From Octopus vulgaris (Eukaryota): a stretch of 64,000 nucleotides of DNA. Below the pieces are notes generated by a model, which was not told the origin of the DNA, made no database searches, and was given only the letters and a program-made list of their open reading frames with translations. Position numbers and translations under genes: made by a program. Below are positions 27,789 through 42,356 of this stretch, one piece after another (the stretch's first letter is position 1; each line of letters starts with the position of its first letter). The DNA is taken from positions 41,292,001 through 41,356,000 of the forward strand of contig OX597814.1 of the NCBI GenBank assembly GCA_951406725.2, in the 5' to 3' direction.

Positions 27789-28899
27789 TATATACATACA
27801 TACTAAAACACACACTCATACATACACGCAGACACAAGCACACACCTACTCATGTTTAAATGAAAACATATATTTCATACGATTAAGAGTGAGTACTTGT
27901 ATAGATGCATAACTTTGATTAATATGTGAAGCAGTTCCGGGTGCGGAGGTTAATTCGATTCTGCTGATCCGTATGCTATGAATAATTGATTCTTTTATAT
28001 AGGAACAGGAAAAAAATAAAGAACGGAATTAATATTAACTACCGAGCAAAAATGAAATATCTAATACAATACATACACAAGGCACATACGCACTGCACAA
28101 TTTCAAGTCATTTTCCATGAACAGTGTAAAAGAGATGAAAGCGGCAGTGGTGTACGAAGTGTGAAAGGAGGAAGAAGGCGAAATGTACGTTTGAATTGCA
28201 GCCAGCAGGGTCAGAGGAATATGTGGTCAGTAGCAGAATCTCATGAAGGAAATGTGGGGTTGAGAACAAGCAAGAACATCCTTCTTGATCGTGCCTGCCT
28301 TCGACGTTTTACCTTCACCGGCCAGTTTAATCCGTTGGAACATACAAACAACAGATGAATGCAGATGCGGAGAGAAAGTGACGGTGAGACGTTCTGTCAA
28401 ACTGCAGGCTAGCACTTGACAGGCATACATGACCACACAATCAAGTCCACGGTGTCATAGGCGCAGCACTCAAGGAAATGATCGAGGGATGTTATAGGAG
28501 AGTATCCAAAAGTGGAAAAGTGCGGAAAAATATACTCTCACAAGGAGGGACTAGGACATAAGTCCCGGTCTTCAACTAAAGTATACAAGACAGACGAAAG
28601 ATGGAAGCGATACTGGGGACTGACCGCGTATTTGGAAATACTGTTAATATTTGAATGACCGCTAAGTGAGGGGAGGGAGTAAAAGTAAGGGGGTAAAATG
28701 TTCATAGTATTCGTGTAAGTGTGCATGTCTATACCTTCACATGCGCGCCCGCACACCCACGTACATGCGCTTATAAGTATACACTTATCCGCCCTCACTT
28801 ATAGGATTATATATTATATTAGGCTAATAGTAAAGGTTTAGATAAATGACTTGAGATACTTGTTCTGACTTGGTTCAGATTTTCCTCGGGTATAATATA

Positions 28900-30900
28900 T
28901 ATATAGCTGAACTTTAAAGAAAAACAAAAGACTAAGACTGGTGTATAAACAACAATCAGATGTTTTAGTTTGACGCTCGGGATGGTGAGAAAGTCTTTTG
29001 CTTTTCGTGCCTACGCCCTTCAAAAGAAATTGACACGAGTAGATAAAGAGAAAGAGAATAAAAACCAAATTTTGGAGCTAGATGTCAATCACGGCGACTG
29101 GTTTGACAAAGGTAGTCAGATATGAGAGGTAGGAAGAAGAGGATATAATAAATTGCCGGTGATCCCAAAACGAAGGTACGCGTGCGTAGGTATGTATGTG
29201 AGAATGTTTAAATGTGTGCATATGGATAGGGGCTGGTGATTTTGACGTGTGGATGTGTGCGTGCGGCTGTAATGTGTGCGTGCTGGGGGAGTATTCTGTG
29301 CCAGTGTATGCGGAATGGTGTGGGGTGGTTTAATGTGGTGTTGTCGTGTGTGGTGGTTTTGCGGTGCAGAGGTGTGAGGGTGGGGTGTTTGGGGTGAGGA
29401 TGTGGGTAAGTGTGATTGAGATATGTTGGGTGAGGATTTGCATGGAGAGGGTAACAATGAGGGGAGAATATATGTAGGAATGAAGAGATTAAGTAGGTGT
29501 GAGAGAGAGAGAGCGAAGAAAGAAGATTAATACCAGTTCACGGCGAAGGCGAGAGTCAGAATAGCCCCTGTGCAAAGAAAATCCGAATGCAGACCTGTGT
29601 TGTAATGAACGAACACTAGAGCAGAAATGGCGAGTGACCGGGGTGTCATTGCTGAGTCTAATGTCTCGAGGTGCTCCGCAAACCGGTCAGTCCAGCGGCG
29701 TCCCGTTTAATTGATTTACAGAGAAGGACAGAAGGAGCAGAGGATGCAGTAGATAACATTGCCAGAAGTGCAGGTAAAAGAAGTCAGTGATATAATAGAG
29801 GCGATAATGGTTGCCTGTGAGGATCGTGGTGTTGGAGAGGTAGGGGCAAGTTCAGCAGTGTTGGCGGGTGCAGGGAAATGAACCAGGTTAAGGAGAAGTG
29901 TTAGTGAAATGGAGGGTTCGGACTGGAATAACCCGCAGGGTCGGAGAATAGTTCGTTGGAGGGGCATAGTGGAAGAATAGAGCGTGAAATGAAACGTGAG
30001 ACGGATTAGGGTGAGGTGGGTGCGAGGAGAGTCACAGACAACGGAACGTGTTCTAGCAAGGCCACTGTGGATAGTGGTGAGGGGATATCCACGTTGGATG
30101 AAGGGGCGAACCATGAGTTGCGACTGAGTCTCAAAGTCATGGTTGTCTCTGCAGAGCCTGCGCAGACGTAGGACTTGCGAGGAGAAGATCTTGGTGTGGT
30201 TATGTTGGAATGAGGGGACGTTGAGGTATGATTGCAAGGTGGTGTGTTCGTAGTGGATGGAAATAGTGAGAACGGAGTTGTGTATGTTGACTGAAATGTC
30301 AAGAAGGGCGACGGATGTGTTGGGAATTGTGCAGGAGAGGTATTTCGAGATCAGTTCCGTGGGGCAGTTACAGGCAGAGACGATGGGGCGTCCCGGTGTG
30401 TTGAGCTTGTAGATTTTCGGAAGGAAGTAAATGGTGGGCGTGCGAGGATGCGGACAATGAGGTTGGAGGCGATGTGAGGGCGACGGGAGGGGGAGATGAG
30501 GTCATGGAAAAGGGAGGACTCAGTCTGTTGGTAGGTTGGTGTGGGGTTGGGGCGGAAGGCAAAAGAAGGAGACGTCTGGAAGAAGGTAGAGAGCTTCAGA
30601 CTTGTAGAGGTCTGCACCCCACAATACCATTGCTCCACCCTTGTTGGCCGGTTTTATGATAATGCGGCCTCGGAGATTTGACTGGGGGGATGTTCAGATG
30701 TCGGGGACACCTGCGAAAGTTAAACCGGTCCACAACAGGTTGACAGATGCCCGCAAATAGGTCAGCTGCTTTGAACTGGCCAGGAGCTGGCATCCAGTGG
30801 GATGTTCGGCGGCCTAGGTCGGTAAAGCAATCCTCTTCATTAGATGCAGATAGAGTGCTGTGGAATAGTGCTTATAGCCTGACGCGGCGCACAAACCTAT
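28900..30900 (-). mobile_element. Decayed Penelope-like element (RT remnant + GIY-YIG, Neptune-like) with internal RT deletion
   Basis: GRPIVSACNCPTELISKYL; SQVLRLRRLC...FIQRGYP; FTCTSGNVIYCILC..C; TGRR..DRFAEHL; terminal repeat with eroded HHR at 28994-29030. Confidence 0.88.
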
Positions 30901-31333
30901 GACAGTTTCATTTGAATGGAACAAAATAGGTTTGTTTTTTTTTTGCACACTAATTATTTAAACATTTTCCATTACTTATTTACCCTCCACATAAATTATT
31001 TTTCGTTTAAGGATTTCTTCAATATTTATAATAATATGATCTTACACCGTAATTGTTATACCATGCAACCGTTTATTGAAAAGACCGTTAGTTGAAAGAC
31101 CCAATGAAACAGAATTATTTTCAAATGTGTATCTATCAAGGTAATTGTATATTTATGTATATGACTTTATTTTGTTCCTTTCGAAAGAAAACTGTCCGAC
31201 GAACGGGAACATGGGCCTCTGAGATATAGTTTTTGTGATAGTTTTGCATCTTTTTAAGAAAGCATATGAATCTACCTCCAGTATTCGAGCACTAATTTTT
31301 TCCCAAATTGCTTCGCATTTATTTGCTTTTTCT

Positions 31334-31335
<2 letters not shown>

Positions 31336-31403
<68 letters not shown>

Positions 31404-31457
31404 TACATACAGATGCTTATATACATTCACATACGTATATCTGCATATGTCTCTCTC

Positions 31458-31500
<43 letters not shown>

Positions 31501-31522
31501 GTGTGCGTGTGTGTATATGTGT
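31336..31522. repeat. (TA)n and (GT)n microsatellites
   Basis: Directly visible. Confidence 0.95.
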
Positions 31523-32187
31523 GTAGAGCGGGAGAGAGGAAGTGAGAGGAAATGAGAAAGGAAGGACGTGTATGCAGGAAGAAAAAAATATCACTTCACT
31601 ATTAACATTGTGTCCGTTTGCAGATAGTAAAATGTCTCTGCTCCGAGCCACTAAATATGCTTTCAATCTGATGATAATAGGAAAAATTGACAGTGACAAA
31701 CTTTCTAAAGTGAGTATTAGCTTTCAACGAAACAAACATCTATTTTAGGCTATGAAATATGAAAGAAATTGAAAATATGGAAGGATGAATCCTTGGAAAT
31801 AGAACATAATTAGACAGCCAGATGTTGTTGATATAGCTGGATTTTGATTGTAATATAAAAACACCGTAAAGCAATCGATAAAGCTGCCTGTGAAAGAATC
31901 TGATGTATATTTGACAAAGTTACAGATGAACTGATATGGAGATGGCGAACAACGTTAAATGAAGAGGTAGAGAATGGATAAACAACGGCAGAGAAGCGAA
32001 ACTGTTCATCGCCAATGAAATGAAATATAAATATATTTCGAGGAAAGTACTGACGAATAAAGTCTAAAAAAATAACTTATTTAATGATACTGTATATATT
32101 TATTTAGAGAGGCAGTTAGAATACACATTGGCTTATATTCTTATTTGTCACACTTTAAGAAATAAGTTGAAATGCACACACATATTT

Positions 32188-32397
32188 ATTTCAAATTTTA
32201 GCACAAAGCCAGCAAGCTCGTGAAAGGAGGCTAGTCGATTACAGCGTCCCAAACACTCAACTGGTACCTGTTTTATCGACGCGAAAGGATGAAAGGCAAC
32301 ATCGACTTCGCTGGAGTTTGAACTCAGATTGTAATGACGGACGAAATACCGCCAGACATTTTGCAATACACACTAACGATACTGCCACCTCGCCGCT
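32188..32397 (-). mobile_element. tRNA-derived SINE family A
   Basis: Reverse strand GCGGCGAGGTGGCAGTATCGTTAG...CTGAGTTCAAACTCC (B box)...GCCTTTCATCCTTTCG.GTCGATAAA. Confidence 0.85.
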
Positions 32398-35300
32398 TTC
32401 ATCCGTGCAAGTATTATATACGCGTGGTACGCTAAATGGCATCAATTTGGGACACCTGTTCGACAGGGATGTAAAACATACATGCACATATACACGTATA
32501 TGCTTTACACTAATAAAGCATAATATAAAATCTTCTACATTCACACTTGCCCCTACTAAGTAAACATAAGACATTCATATTTAATTCACATTTTAACGTG
32601 TTTAATTTTCACGTAGACAAACGTACAGGCACAAATAAACTTACTTTTGCATAAAATCTCCTTCCTCTTAGAGTACAAATAAACTATTTCATCTTTTATG
32701 ATTTTATTATTATTCTTTTAAATTTCTTCATTTTCTTTTTCTGAATAGTTTTCTGAGTTGAAAGATTAAGTCTTTCCTTTAGTCATTTTTCAGTATGAGC
32801 CACAGTTTAGCAACACTTTGCTTCATAGAAGAAAAATTGACCTGATATTATTCGTTGAAGTAATTTATTCTTTAGTTTATTGAATTGATGTCAAAGAAAC
32901 CTGAGAATACATTATAAAAAAAAACTGTCCTTCACTTCCCACATTCTCGTCCTTCAGTAATGTGAGTGGTATAAATACTTATATCTACGCCTTTTTCCTC
33001 ATTCAGGCAAATTTTAAAGCGTAATACGTTCTTCAGTTTCTTTCCACACGAACGCACATACACACTCACGCACATGCACATGCGCACACTCACACTCTCC
33101 AACACACACACACAAACGTAATGCTATAACAATTAGCAAAGAACAGTTTTGATTGTTCACTATGCCAACAAGGCTCGTTTCACATCACCGACCTTGATTA
33201 GGGTTATATATAATACTAACATAGATAGTACGCTTAAACGAACTACAAACAATACATTTGCTGACGAAATAATCCAAGACGGTACCCCAGCACAGCCAAA
33301 AGCTGAAAGACATAACAGAATCAAATTAAGATTACTGAGTCAATTAATGAGTCAATTTCATTAACAACTGCACGAATCATATTTAGTACATTAAATTCCA
33401 ATATGCAAATGGGCTTGTGCGGACAGCATGCGAGCGATATTTAACCTCAACTGTCAATCTAAATTTCTGCTCAATTAAACATAACACTAAGCACATCACT
33501 TCAGTATCTCTTTTCCATTACACACCAGATAACAAGCCTCTATATATATGGCAGAAACAACTTATCTACTACATTTGAACTTCCAAAGAGAAATACTTTT
33601 ATACGGGCATACTGCTGTATACAATGTCTAGTTGTAATATATGTTTAATTCCAAGGAAATTGCATAGTTGAATATTCAACAATATATCAGCGTTCTGAGT
33701 GAAAATTGAAGGGATAATTTCCAGTTTTACTATGTGCTGCATATATACAGTTCATTCGCCTAGTCTCTTTATGTCGAATAGGCATTATATTGTCACATGT
33801 CAGCGATTAGTTAATGTTTACAACAGCTAAAGTGCATTTAAAGTGTGCTGATATAATATTCCTTAACCACTAGATCAGTCTCAAAATCTATTTCTTTTAA
33901 TTTCTAAAACATAGTTTAAGTATTATTTACAATATATTTGCAGTCTTCTATGTTCTCTTCTGGAATTTCTTCATATGAAAAATAGCTGACGACAAGAAGT
34001 GCTTTACATATTTTGTGGTTGAATGAAAAACTGTATTTTGTTAAGTAACCACTGGCGAATTGAATTGACAACAAAATGTCTAACTAACTTAAGGTGTATC
34101 TACTTATGGTATATATTCGGTAGTTTCTTTACACAGTATATTTAAAATCCAATCATCTTGGCCTTAGGCTTGCATTTGAGACGCAGTCTACATTTTTGTT
34201 TAATTCATATTGCGAAAGATTATTAGAAAAGCTTAGCTGCTGAGTGGCTTCTGAAATTTTCAGTAGTATGTTTTCAGGAATAGATTATATCAAAGACGTG
34301 AGAGAATATTTTAAACCTATTACCTGATAAAATGTAGAATATATAAACGACCGATATTGCAGTGATTATTATAAAAATAAGTTTTGGTGAAATCAAATTG
34401 TACAAAATTACAAGCGTTGCATGTAACTTATTTGGTGGGTGTGTAACAAAGTAGAATTTAGTGTCGGTAGGGTTTGATCTCAGAAAAGCGAACGTCAAGA
34501 CAAAACACTACAAGGCTGGTAACTCAAACATGTCTGGCTATCAGACTGAAATAAATGCAGAAATTATATTAGAAAAGCATTCTAACATTTCTTCCGATAC
34601 AATCATCTGCATCTTACTATTTCATGTTTTCCATCAGTATATAATAGATGAATAGCTATGTAAGAAATCCTGTTAACGACTGAGCTGTGAAACAAACACT
34701 TGTACTGTACAAGCTTCCTTGTGAACAAACCAATGGAGCGTGAAAATCGCTTAATGTAGCATTACCGGTTCATTCGCATTACTCCCGCGATGATTGTTGA
34801 TGTTTTTTTCTATTGATTGAGATACTTATGTTGCTGTTTGTGTTGCCGTTTGTCTTATTGTTGTCGTTTATTTTTTAAATTTCTCTTGCTCTGGATGATG
34901 TTGATTATGAGGATGATGATGATGATCTTGATGATGATGAGGAGGAGGAGGAGGATAATCGCCAGTGCCAACAACATCTCGAAAACGCCTACGAATATGA
35001 TGGTGATATTGATGATAATGATGATAAAATTTAATATACTTGCCATGATGCGTTGCTCTGAAATATTGCTAATTTCTATTTGTTAATAATATATAGAAAC
35101 ATATAGTAAGGCGATCAACGTTTCGGTGCATATGAGCGTACATATAACTAGACATTTTAACCACACTGCATATAAGTTCTAGCTTTATGTATGTATCTGG
35201 ACCCTCATGTTTTCTTAATGGCAGCCTTTTTTTTTTCTTTCAGCGTAATGTATTAGTGTGCAGCGAGTATGATAGTCTCTTCATTGTTCTTTCTATGGCT

Positions 35301-36989
35301 CTACGTGACTCATTTGTTATTCTGTGTAGATCAATGCTGAAGGGCATTAATATTGATGTCTGGTTGCTAATAAAATATCAGGAAAAGAGAAACAAAGCTT
35401 TTCTTTCCGGTTTATTTCTTGGTATTTTGTTTCTTTCATCGTTCATACATGAAACTTCATAATGCTAACTCTACCGTAAAAAAGCTATACATATGTGTAC
35501 ACGTGCGCGTGGCTATGAGTGCCATTCTGTGTGCGTATATAGATTGCATACGTTTGCGTGTGTATAAATATGTGCATGCATATATATATACACACACATA
35601 CGTGTTTACAGTTCATGTGCGTATGTCCATACATACATACATTCATATATATCTTTTATCTTTTTACATGTTTTAGTCATTACAATATGGCCATACTGGG
35701 GCACTTCTATGAGCGTCCAGCATTATACATACGTTTCGTGCTATGACTCTTTAAGAACTGGTTGAAGGTTGTGATTATAGATTGCCATGTATGGAAACAA
35801 CGTAGTTCCACAGATGTACAGATATAAAGAGAGCGGGAGAATGCGTATATGGATAGATATGTGGACGTTACTTACAAGCAATGAGTTAAATACTGTAGTG
35901 AGACAATAGATGCTGAGAAACAAAATGAAGTATTTTGCGCAAGTCACTGAATACTTATACTGCGCTTACGTTGTTGAATACTTATACTGCCCTTACGTTA
36001 CAATAATTCTACAAACTTTTGTGATACATACACTTTTTCGTCTAGTTGATAATGAAAATTCCAACTATTCTCCAACAACACATTAATTAGCAATTTTATC
36101 TCGCCGTTGAAAGTATATAAAGATCCATCTTCAAAATTCTAACCAAACATATTGTTACTTACAATTTAAAGCAATCACCTCATCGATTACCCTCTTCTCT
36201 ATGTAACAGCCTTAGGTAAAATGAAACCTTTTCTTCTTTCCGACAAATATTAAGGAACTTTGCATCGCTGCTTATGAAGCTCGCAACCGCTAAGTAATCA
36301 GACTCTGTAATAAAAACGACCTGTTACGATCATCAACGATAGCAAATCTGAAACAAGATCAACACCCAACATCTTAGCCATTTCATAACCTCAGAAAATG
36401 CGTATCCAACACAATATCGTGAGAAAGCATACTAATTTTCCTTGTTTCTTGCACATAAGGAAAACACACAGAAAATAATGAATAGTTTTGACAGGCGCTT
36501 TAAGCTTCCTGGTTTCTCTCTCCATGTATTTAGATTTTTCTACCAAAAATACTTGTTCAGATACGCATATATCAGAAGGAATCTTCTTGATACGCTACCG
36601 ACTAGACCTTGGATAAATGAAATAAGGCTTAATTGTTTTCAAGCCTCATCTAAAGCCTCTACTGATACGTTTGAAGATATGATGATGAAGGGGGATAATG
36701 GTAGTGGTAGTGGTGGTGGTGGTGATCTGGGACGTTTAACAGAAAGACTAAGAAGGAAATTATTGAGATAATACTGGTGATGTTAAACAAATGACAACGG
36801 TAAATGATTACTCCGAAATTAATCAGAAATCATCGGGATTAAAACAAATAATGTACCGTTACAAACACTAACGAAATTGTTGACCATAACCGAATAAGTA
36901 ATACTCGTAAAAATCTATTTCTCTTTTCAATAACAATCAATTTGGAAACCATGCTTATGATACTTTTACAAGATTCAGCATAATTAGGG

Positions 36990-37520
36990 ATTTAAAAGCC
37001 AGAGAAGAACTTAGTTTTAGCCACTGCTTGTACTTCTGAAAACATAGACTTAAGATAGCAACAACAACAAAACAAGACAAATATGGCCAGAAGAAATAAA
37101 AGTAGATTAGCAGAATCCTCTGATGCCACAAAGGAAAGTGAAATCTCCCTCAGCTCCATACAAATAGCAGTATCACAAACTAGAAATTTAGTTTGGAAAA
37201 CAAATATCCAAAAAATATTAGAAGAGATAGGAACAGTACCAGAAAGCAAGAAAGAAAGAAAAATGCTAGAGAAATATAAAAAATAACTAAACAAGATGTC
37301 TCTGACACAAAAGAACATCTAAGACAAGATATCGTCGCCAAAGCACAAACAATCTGTTGGATTAAAAATAACGACTATTCTTTAGACAATAAGCAGTTTA
37401 ACTCAAACTACAAATGATTCTAATAAAAACTAGGTAAACGAAAAATGAAGATGAATGCAGCACAGGCAGTAGGAGGAATTGAACAATTATGAAAATGGTA
37501 AAAGCGACAAAGGGACTAAC
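36990..37520 (+). mobile_element. Decayed N-terminal fragment of an R4/Dong-like LINE ORF
   Basis: VWKTNIQK..., KEHLRQDIVAKAQ, RQNKQFNSN-like segments typical of the pre-RT region; similar to 63060-63105. Confidence 0.5.
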
Positions 37521-38644
37521 CCAAATAAAGATGAATTAAGTCAACAAACACAGAACCTGAACTCTCGACACGCATAACAACAACAGGATCGACTACACAT
37601 ACTTGGCAGCTGTCCCCACACCGGAAAGTTACAGTCCCGTACCACGTGACTGATCGCCGAAATATAGAGCAACATCTATTCTGTAGTCCGTATGAGAGTA
37701 ATTCAGCAACATTCATTGTTTCCGTCAAGTGTCTCTGCTCTAATCCCTTCTCTATGTACTGACTCAAGATCCACTAATGTAGAATTGGTAGGATTTGAGA
37801 GTAATACCGCGCGAGCTAGAACGTGGGAGAACCGTGTTGGCATACGCCGACGTAGTCACCTTCATAGTGTCGAACACAAAACAGACTTGGTCGGCAAAGC
37901 AATATAAAAATACGAGAGTATATAAGAAGAACTAACCAACAAATATTTGTGGTGCTGTACACGCGAATCCATGCCGACAAAACATGTAGTGGTTGATAGT
38001 ACGGTGGTTTCGAATACATTTAGCAACGTCTGATCTACACAGGATCCCGAAGAGAAGAACAACTGGAACAATGTGACGAACAGGTTGACAAATCTTACCT
38101 AGAAAGGGGTCGAAAGCAACAAATCTCTGAAAGGTCGGGGAAAAGTGATGAATGCTTACATTGTCTCGGTCAAATATAACTACTTCGACGTCGCTCCCTG
38201 TCCTGGGCTACATCTGAACAAACTGGAGGGTGTACTCTATTGCATTTTTCGTAAGGGATGCATACTATTGGTCAGGCGTTCCGTTTATTGTTAACACATG
38301 TTGAATGGAGGACTGAGCTTGCCGTAGTTATACACTGAGGTTACGATATCTCCGCTGCTTTCATTTCAATGATGATTTTTGGTCGCTTTGTGTCACACAA
38401 AATTTCCCACAGCCTATCTCCTTGAGTGAACTGTAGCCCTACATCAAGAGTAGCCAAAGTCTAGTCAAGAGCACACAGTCCTCTGTCAGTCGAAAAATAC
38501 GTTGCGTAAAATTTCAAAATTGGCGCTCAATAGAGATAATAGCAGTTAAGTGCACTGTCAATCAGGTGTGGGCAGGGATTCTGGATATTACCAATAAAAT
38601 GGCTGCTCACCACAGAAGGACATTCGGTCCAGGACTTATGGATA

Positions 38645-38686
38645 AAAATAATGATAAAAATAATAATAGAAAAAAAAAATAATAAT

Positions 38687-38748
<62 letters not shown>

Positions 38749-38810
38749 TAATAATAATAATAATAATAATGATGATGATAATAATAATAACAATAATAAT
38801 AATAATAATG

Positions 38811-38877
<67 letters not shown>

Positions 38878-38880
38878 GAA

Positions 38881-38934
<54 letters not shown>

Positions 38935-38942
38935 GAAGAAGA
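38645..38942. repeat. (AAT)n grading into (AAG)n
   Basis: Directly visible. Confidence 0.95.
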
Positions 38943-39704
38943 ATTACATTTGTCATAAGGGAGAGAGATGAGGGTGACAATACAAAGACAGACATAAAAT
39001 GTGGGGGTTACATATATTGAAATGAAAACAAAACGGAGAGAAAGTATACAAGGTGTACAGTGAAAATGAATTGACATATATATAGAATAAAGCGTTTTAA
39101 GAAAGTGGTGGGGATTCCTAAGGAATTTTACTTCCGATATCGTTCTGAATTATTGAAGCGAAACCTGGCCTCCGACCACAGCGCACCGAATCAACAACCA
39201 AATGTCTAATTCTGGTGGCACATCTGATATTTTAACATCCACCACCCGCCGTCGAAGGTGTGTGGTTAAGAGAAGAAGGTTGTCGTATTTGCACTGGATC
39301 ATTGAGTGTTTTTTAGGCCAGTGCCTCTGTAAGGATCCTCAGTTCGGCAGAAGAATATTGTCTTCCTCGTGGTAGGAAATCAATATCAATCCAAATGACA
39401 TTCAACCATTTTCTACCTAGATATGTGGCGCAATGAAAATTTTCCTCGTCTTTAGACATACATTTGTATACGATGGTCCTTTTGGACGTCTTCTCCATCA
39501 AGTTTGTAGTGATAGCAAGCTTTTTTCCTCTAATAATATTGAACAATTCTTCTTCTTCTCTCAGGCACCCATGTTTTCCTTCTAGAGAGATTTGCAACAG
39601 CAAATTTGTTCCTTCTTGAAAATAAGTTCTTTTATTGTTGTTGTTATTGTCGTTGTTCTTTATATAGCTTTTACTGCTGGTGCTGTCCCTGTCGTTTTTG
39701 TTCT

Positions 39705-39806
39705 TAATAATAATAGTAATAATATTAATAATAATAATAATAATGATGATAATAATAATAAAATAATAATAATAATAATGATGATGATAATGATAGTAAT
39801 CATAAT

Positions 39807-39853
<47 letters not shown>

Positions 39854-39894
39854 TAGCAATAATAATAATAATAATGATGATGATGATGATGATG

Positions 39895-39973
<79 letters not shown>

Positions 39974-40010
39974 TAGTAATAACAATAATAATAATAATAA
40001 TGATAATAAT
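39705..40010. repeat. (AAT)n microsatellite
   Basis: Directly visible. Confidence 0.95.
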
Positions 40011-40266
40011 ATATGTTGATATATATTTTAGATAATGATTCAGGAATATGTCTGCTTGTAATGCTACATTAAGACAACACCGTTATGCAATAACGAGTGT
40101 TGCTAAAAACTATATTTCATTTTTCACGCGTGCGCGTACATGCGTGTTCGTGTGTATCATATTCCTATTTTATTCTATATGGTTCAGCCAAATATCTGAG
40201 AACATATTCGGGGTACGGCTGTTTAATAATATGAAATAGAACTCTTCGCGAATATGCGTATATATA

Positions 40267-40323
<57 letters not shown>

Positions 40324-40332
<9 letters not shown>

Positions 40333-40873
40333 TATAGAAGGAGCTTCTACAGGACTAGAACTGTTTCATTCAAGAGAAATCATCAGGAAGCTAGTTAACA
40401 AGAATTGTTTTGGCATTTATACATTTAGGCAGGTTTAAAGGGGTGGTGGTGGGGGACTTTTGCGTGCGTGCGTGTATGTGTATGAGTGTACGAATGAGTG
40501 TGTGTGCGTGCGAATGAGTGTGCGTGCGTGAGTGAGTGCTTGTGTTCGAGTAGAAAGATAAATGGACTTGCTGTCGTCCCCAGGGGGACGATAGCCAAGA
40601 CGCTTGTGACCGCGGTCAAAGATAACAAAAGTAATTTATATTTGTTTATTCTTTTATTTATTCTTTTATCTACTTTACCACTGACTCCTTGACCACTCCC
40701 CTAAGTATGATATTTTTGCGCTATGCCTACCCCCAAAAAGACCCCCACCACCACCCCTTTAAACCTGCCTAAATGTATAAATGCCAAAACAATTCTTGTT
40801 AACTAGCTTCCTGATGATTTCTCTTGAATGAAACAGTTCTAGTCCTGTAGAAGCTCCTTCTATATAATAAATT
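40324..40873. mobile_element. Mini-element with 132-bp perfect inverted arms, each carrying an HHR-like core; flanked by (TA)n
   Basis: 40324-40455 is the exact reverse complement of 40742-40873; unique sequence continues to about 40940 before the next (TA)n. Confidence 0.85.
40801..40856 (+). ncRNA. Hammerhead-like motif (mirror copy on - strand at about 40341-40396)
   Basis: CTGATGA-t-TTC-tctt-GAA-t-GAAAC-A-GTT; stem I pairing ambiguous (ACTAG/CTAGT or AGCTTC/GAAGCT). Confidence 0.5.
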
Positions 40874-41010
40874 AATTTTAATCTGCTATGTATTGAGTAC
40901 CTTATTTACTGTGGTTAACCCCGAATCAACCCGGGACCTACATATATATATATATATATATATATATCAATAGATAAATACGCACACACACACATACATA
41001 TATATACACG

Positions 41011-42211
41011 CAGACATGCAGGAAGTAAATAGACACCTTTAATTTTCAAAATACGCAAAGCGAGCAAGTGAGAAGTAATCGATAGGTAGGACTACATACT
41101 TGTGTATTTAGTTGACATTCTCTTTGCAGATTTTAATTCAGAAACTCCTTTAAGCATTGAACTAAAGAGCTTTGTGATTGTCTCTTGTGGAATTTCTTTT
41201 CACTTTTCACACAACGATCGTGAGCATATTTTGGAGCATACTTGATAGAGTTTGCTCGAAAGATTTTCAATAGGGTTCATGTCAGGAGATTGGTTCGCCC
41301 AAGGAAGCTTTTTGATCCCATTTTCAGTCAGCCATTGTTGATTCCGTTTCGCTGTGGGGCATGGAACACCATCTTACATGGATAAAAGCTCGATTTTCTT
41401 TCTGTTATCGTGTGAATACATCGGAAGGAGTCCTTGCTTAAGTATTTTGATGTATTTTTCAGAGTTAATGGTTCCAACACAATTGATTAGCTGAGAACGA
41501 CCATTGCTGATGACAGTTCCCCATACCATTACAGAGATACCGCCAGGTTTCAAAACTGGTTGGTCTAGTTTCAAATCACATTCTTAATTGGGAAGCTTCC
41601 TGACCCAAACATGTCCACTCTCTGCAAATAAAACAAATCTGGATTCACCTGAAAAAATCACTCTATCCCAAAATGAACTGGATTTTTCTGACAACTTAGC
41701 TCATTTCTTCCTTTTTATGATATTAATTGTTTGAAGTAGTGGTTTTCTTCTAGCTGCTCTTCCATAAAAACAAGGCTTATGCAGATATGTAACACAAGTT
41801 CGTGGACTAACTTCTAGCTCTTTTGCAATGTCAGAAGCCTTCGAACGGGGTTCGATTTCCACAATTCTCTTCAAACAGCCAAACTTCCTGTCCGAGGGCC
41901 CAGGTCGGCCGGAATGAGAATCTGTCAATTTGAATTGCACTATAGTTCTATTAACAGTAGCAAGAGGAATTTGAAGATATTTTGCAATTATTCGTTGGCT
42001 AAGACCTGCCTCAGATTGCCCAACACTCTGACCTCTTTGAAAATTTGACAGTGTGCTGAATTTTTTGTGCTTGGCATGCCTATGTTTAATATAATTGCAC
42101 CTGGAATGAGAAAGAATAATTACATTGTAAATTCTACACCGCTAAAAACATATTAAAACGCTTAGATAAAAAAATAAAAAAAATTAAAGATGTATATTTA
42201 CTTCCTGCATG

Positions 42212-42215
<4 letters not shown>
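41011..42215 (-). mobile_element. Full-length decayed Tc1-like (DD34E) transposon
   Basis: TIRs CAGACATGCAGGAAGTAAATA.ACA.CTTTAATTT at both ends; motifs GRAARRKPLL, WDRVIFSGESRF, SVMVWG, QSPDMNPIEN; frameshifted; (TA)n flank. Confidence 0.95.
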
Positions 42216-42252
<37 letters not shown>

Positions 42253-42277
42253 GTACTCATATGCATGTATGTATATA

Positions 42278-42354
<77 letters not shown>
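42216..42354. repeat. (TA)n microsatellite
   Basis: Directly visible. Confidence 0.95.

Positions 42355-42356
<2 letters not shown>

Noticed and set aside
28080-28720. Possible additional decayed retroelement
   Set aside because: No convincing motif recovered by eye.
39085-39603. Possible old RLE-type LINE RT remnant (LNVIWIDI)
   Set aside because: Motifs are too short and on inconsistent strands to call.
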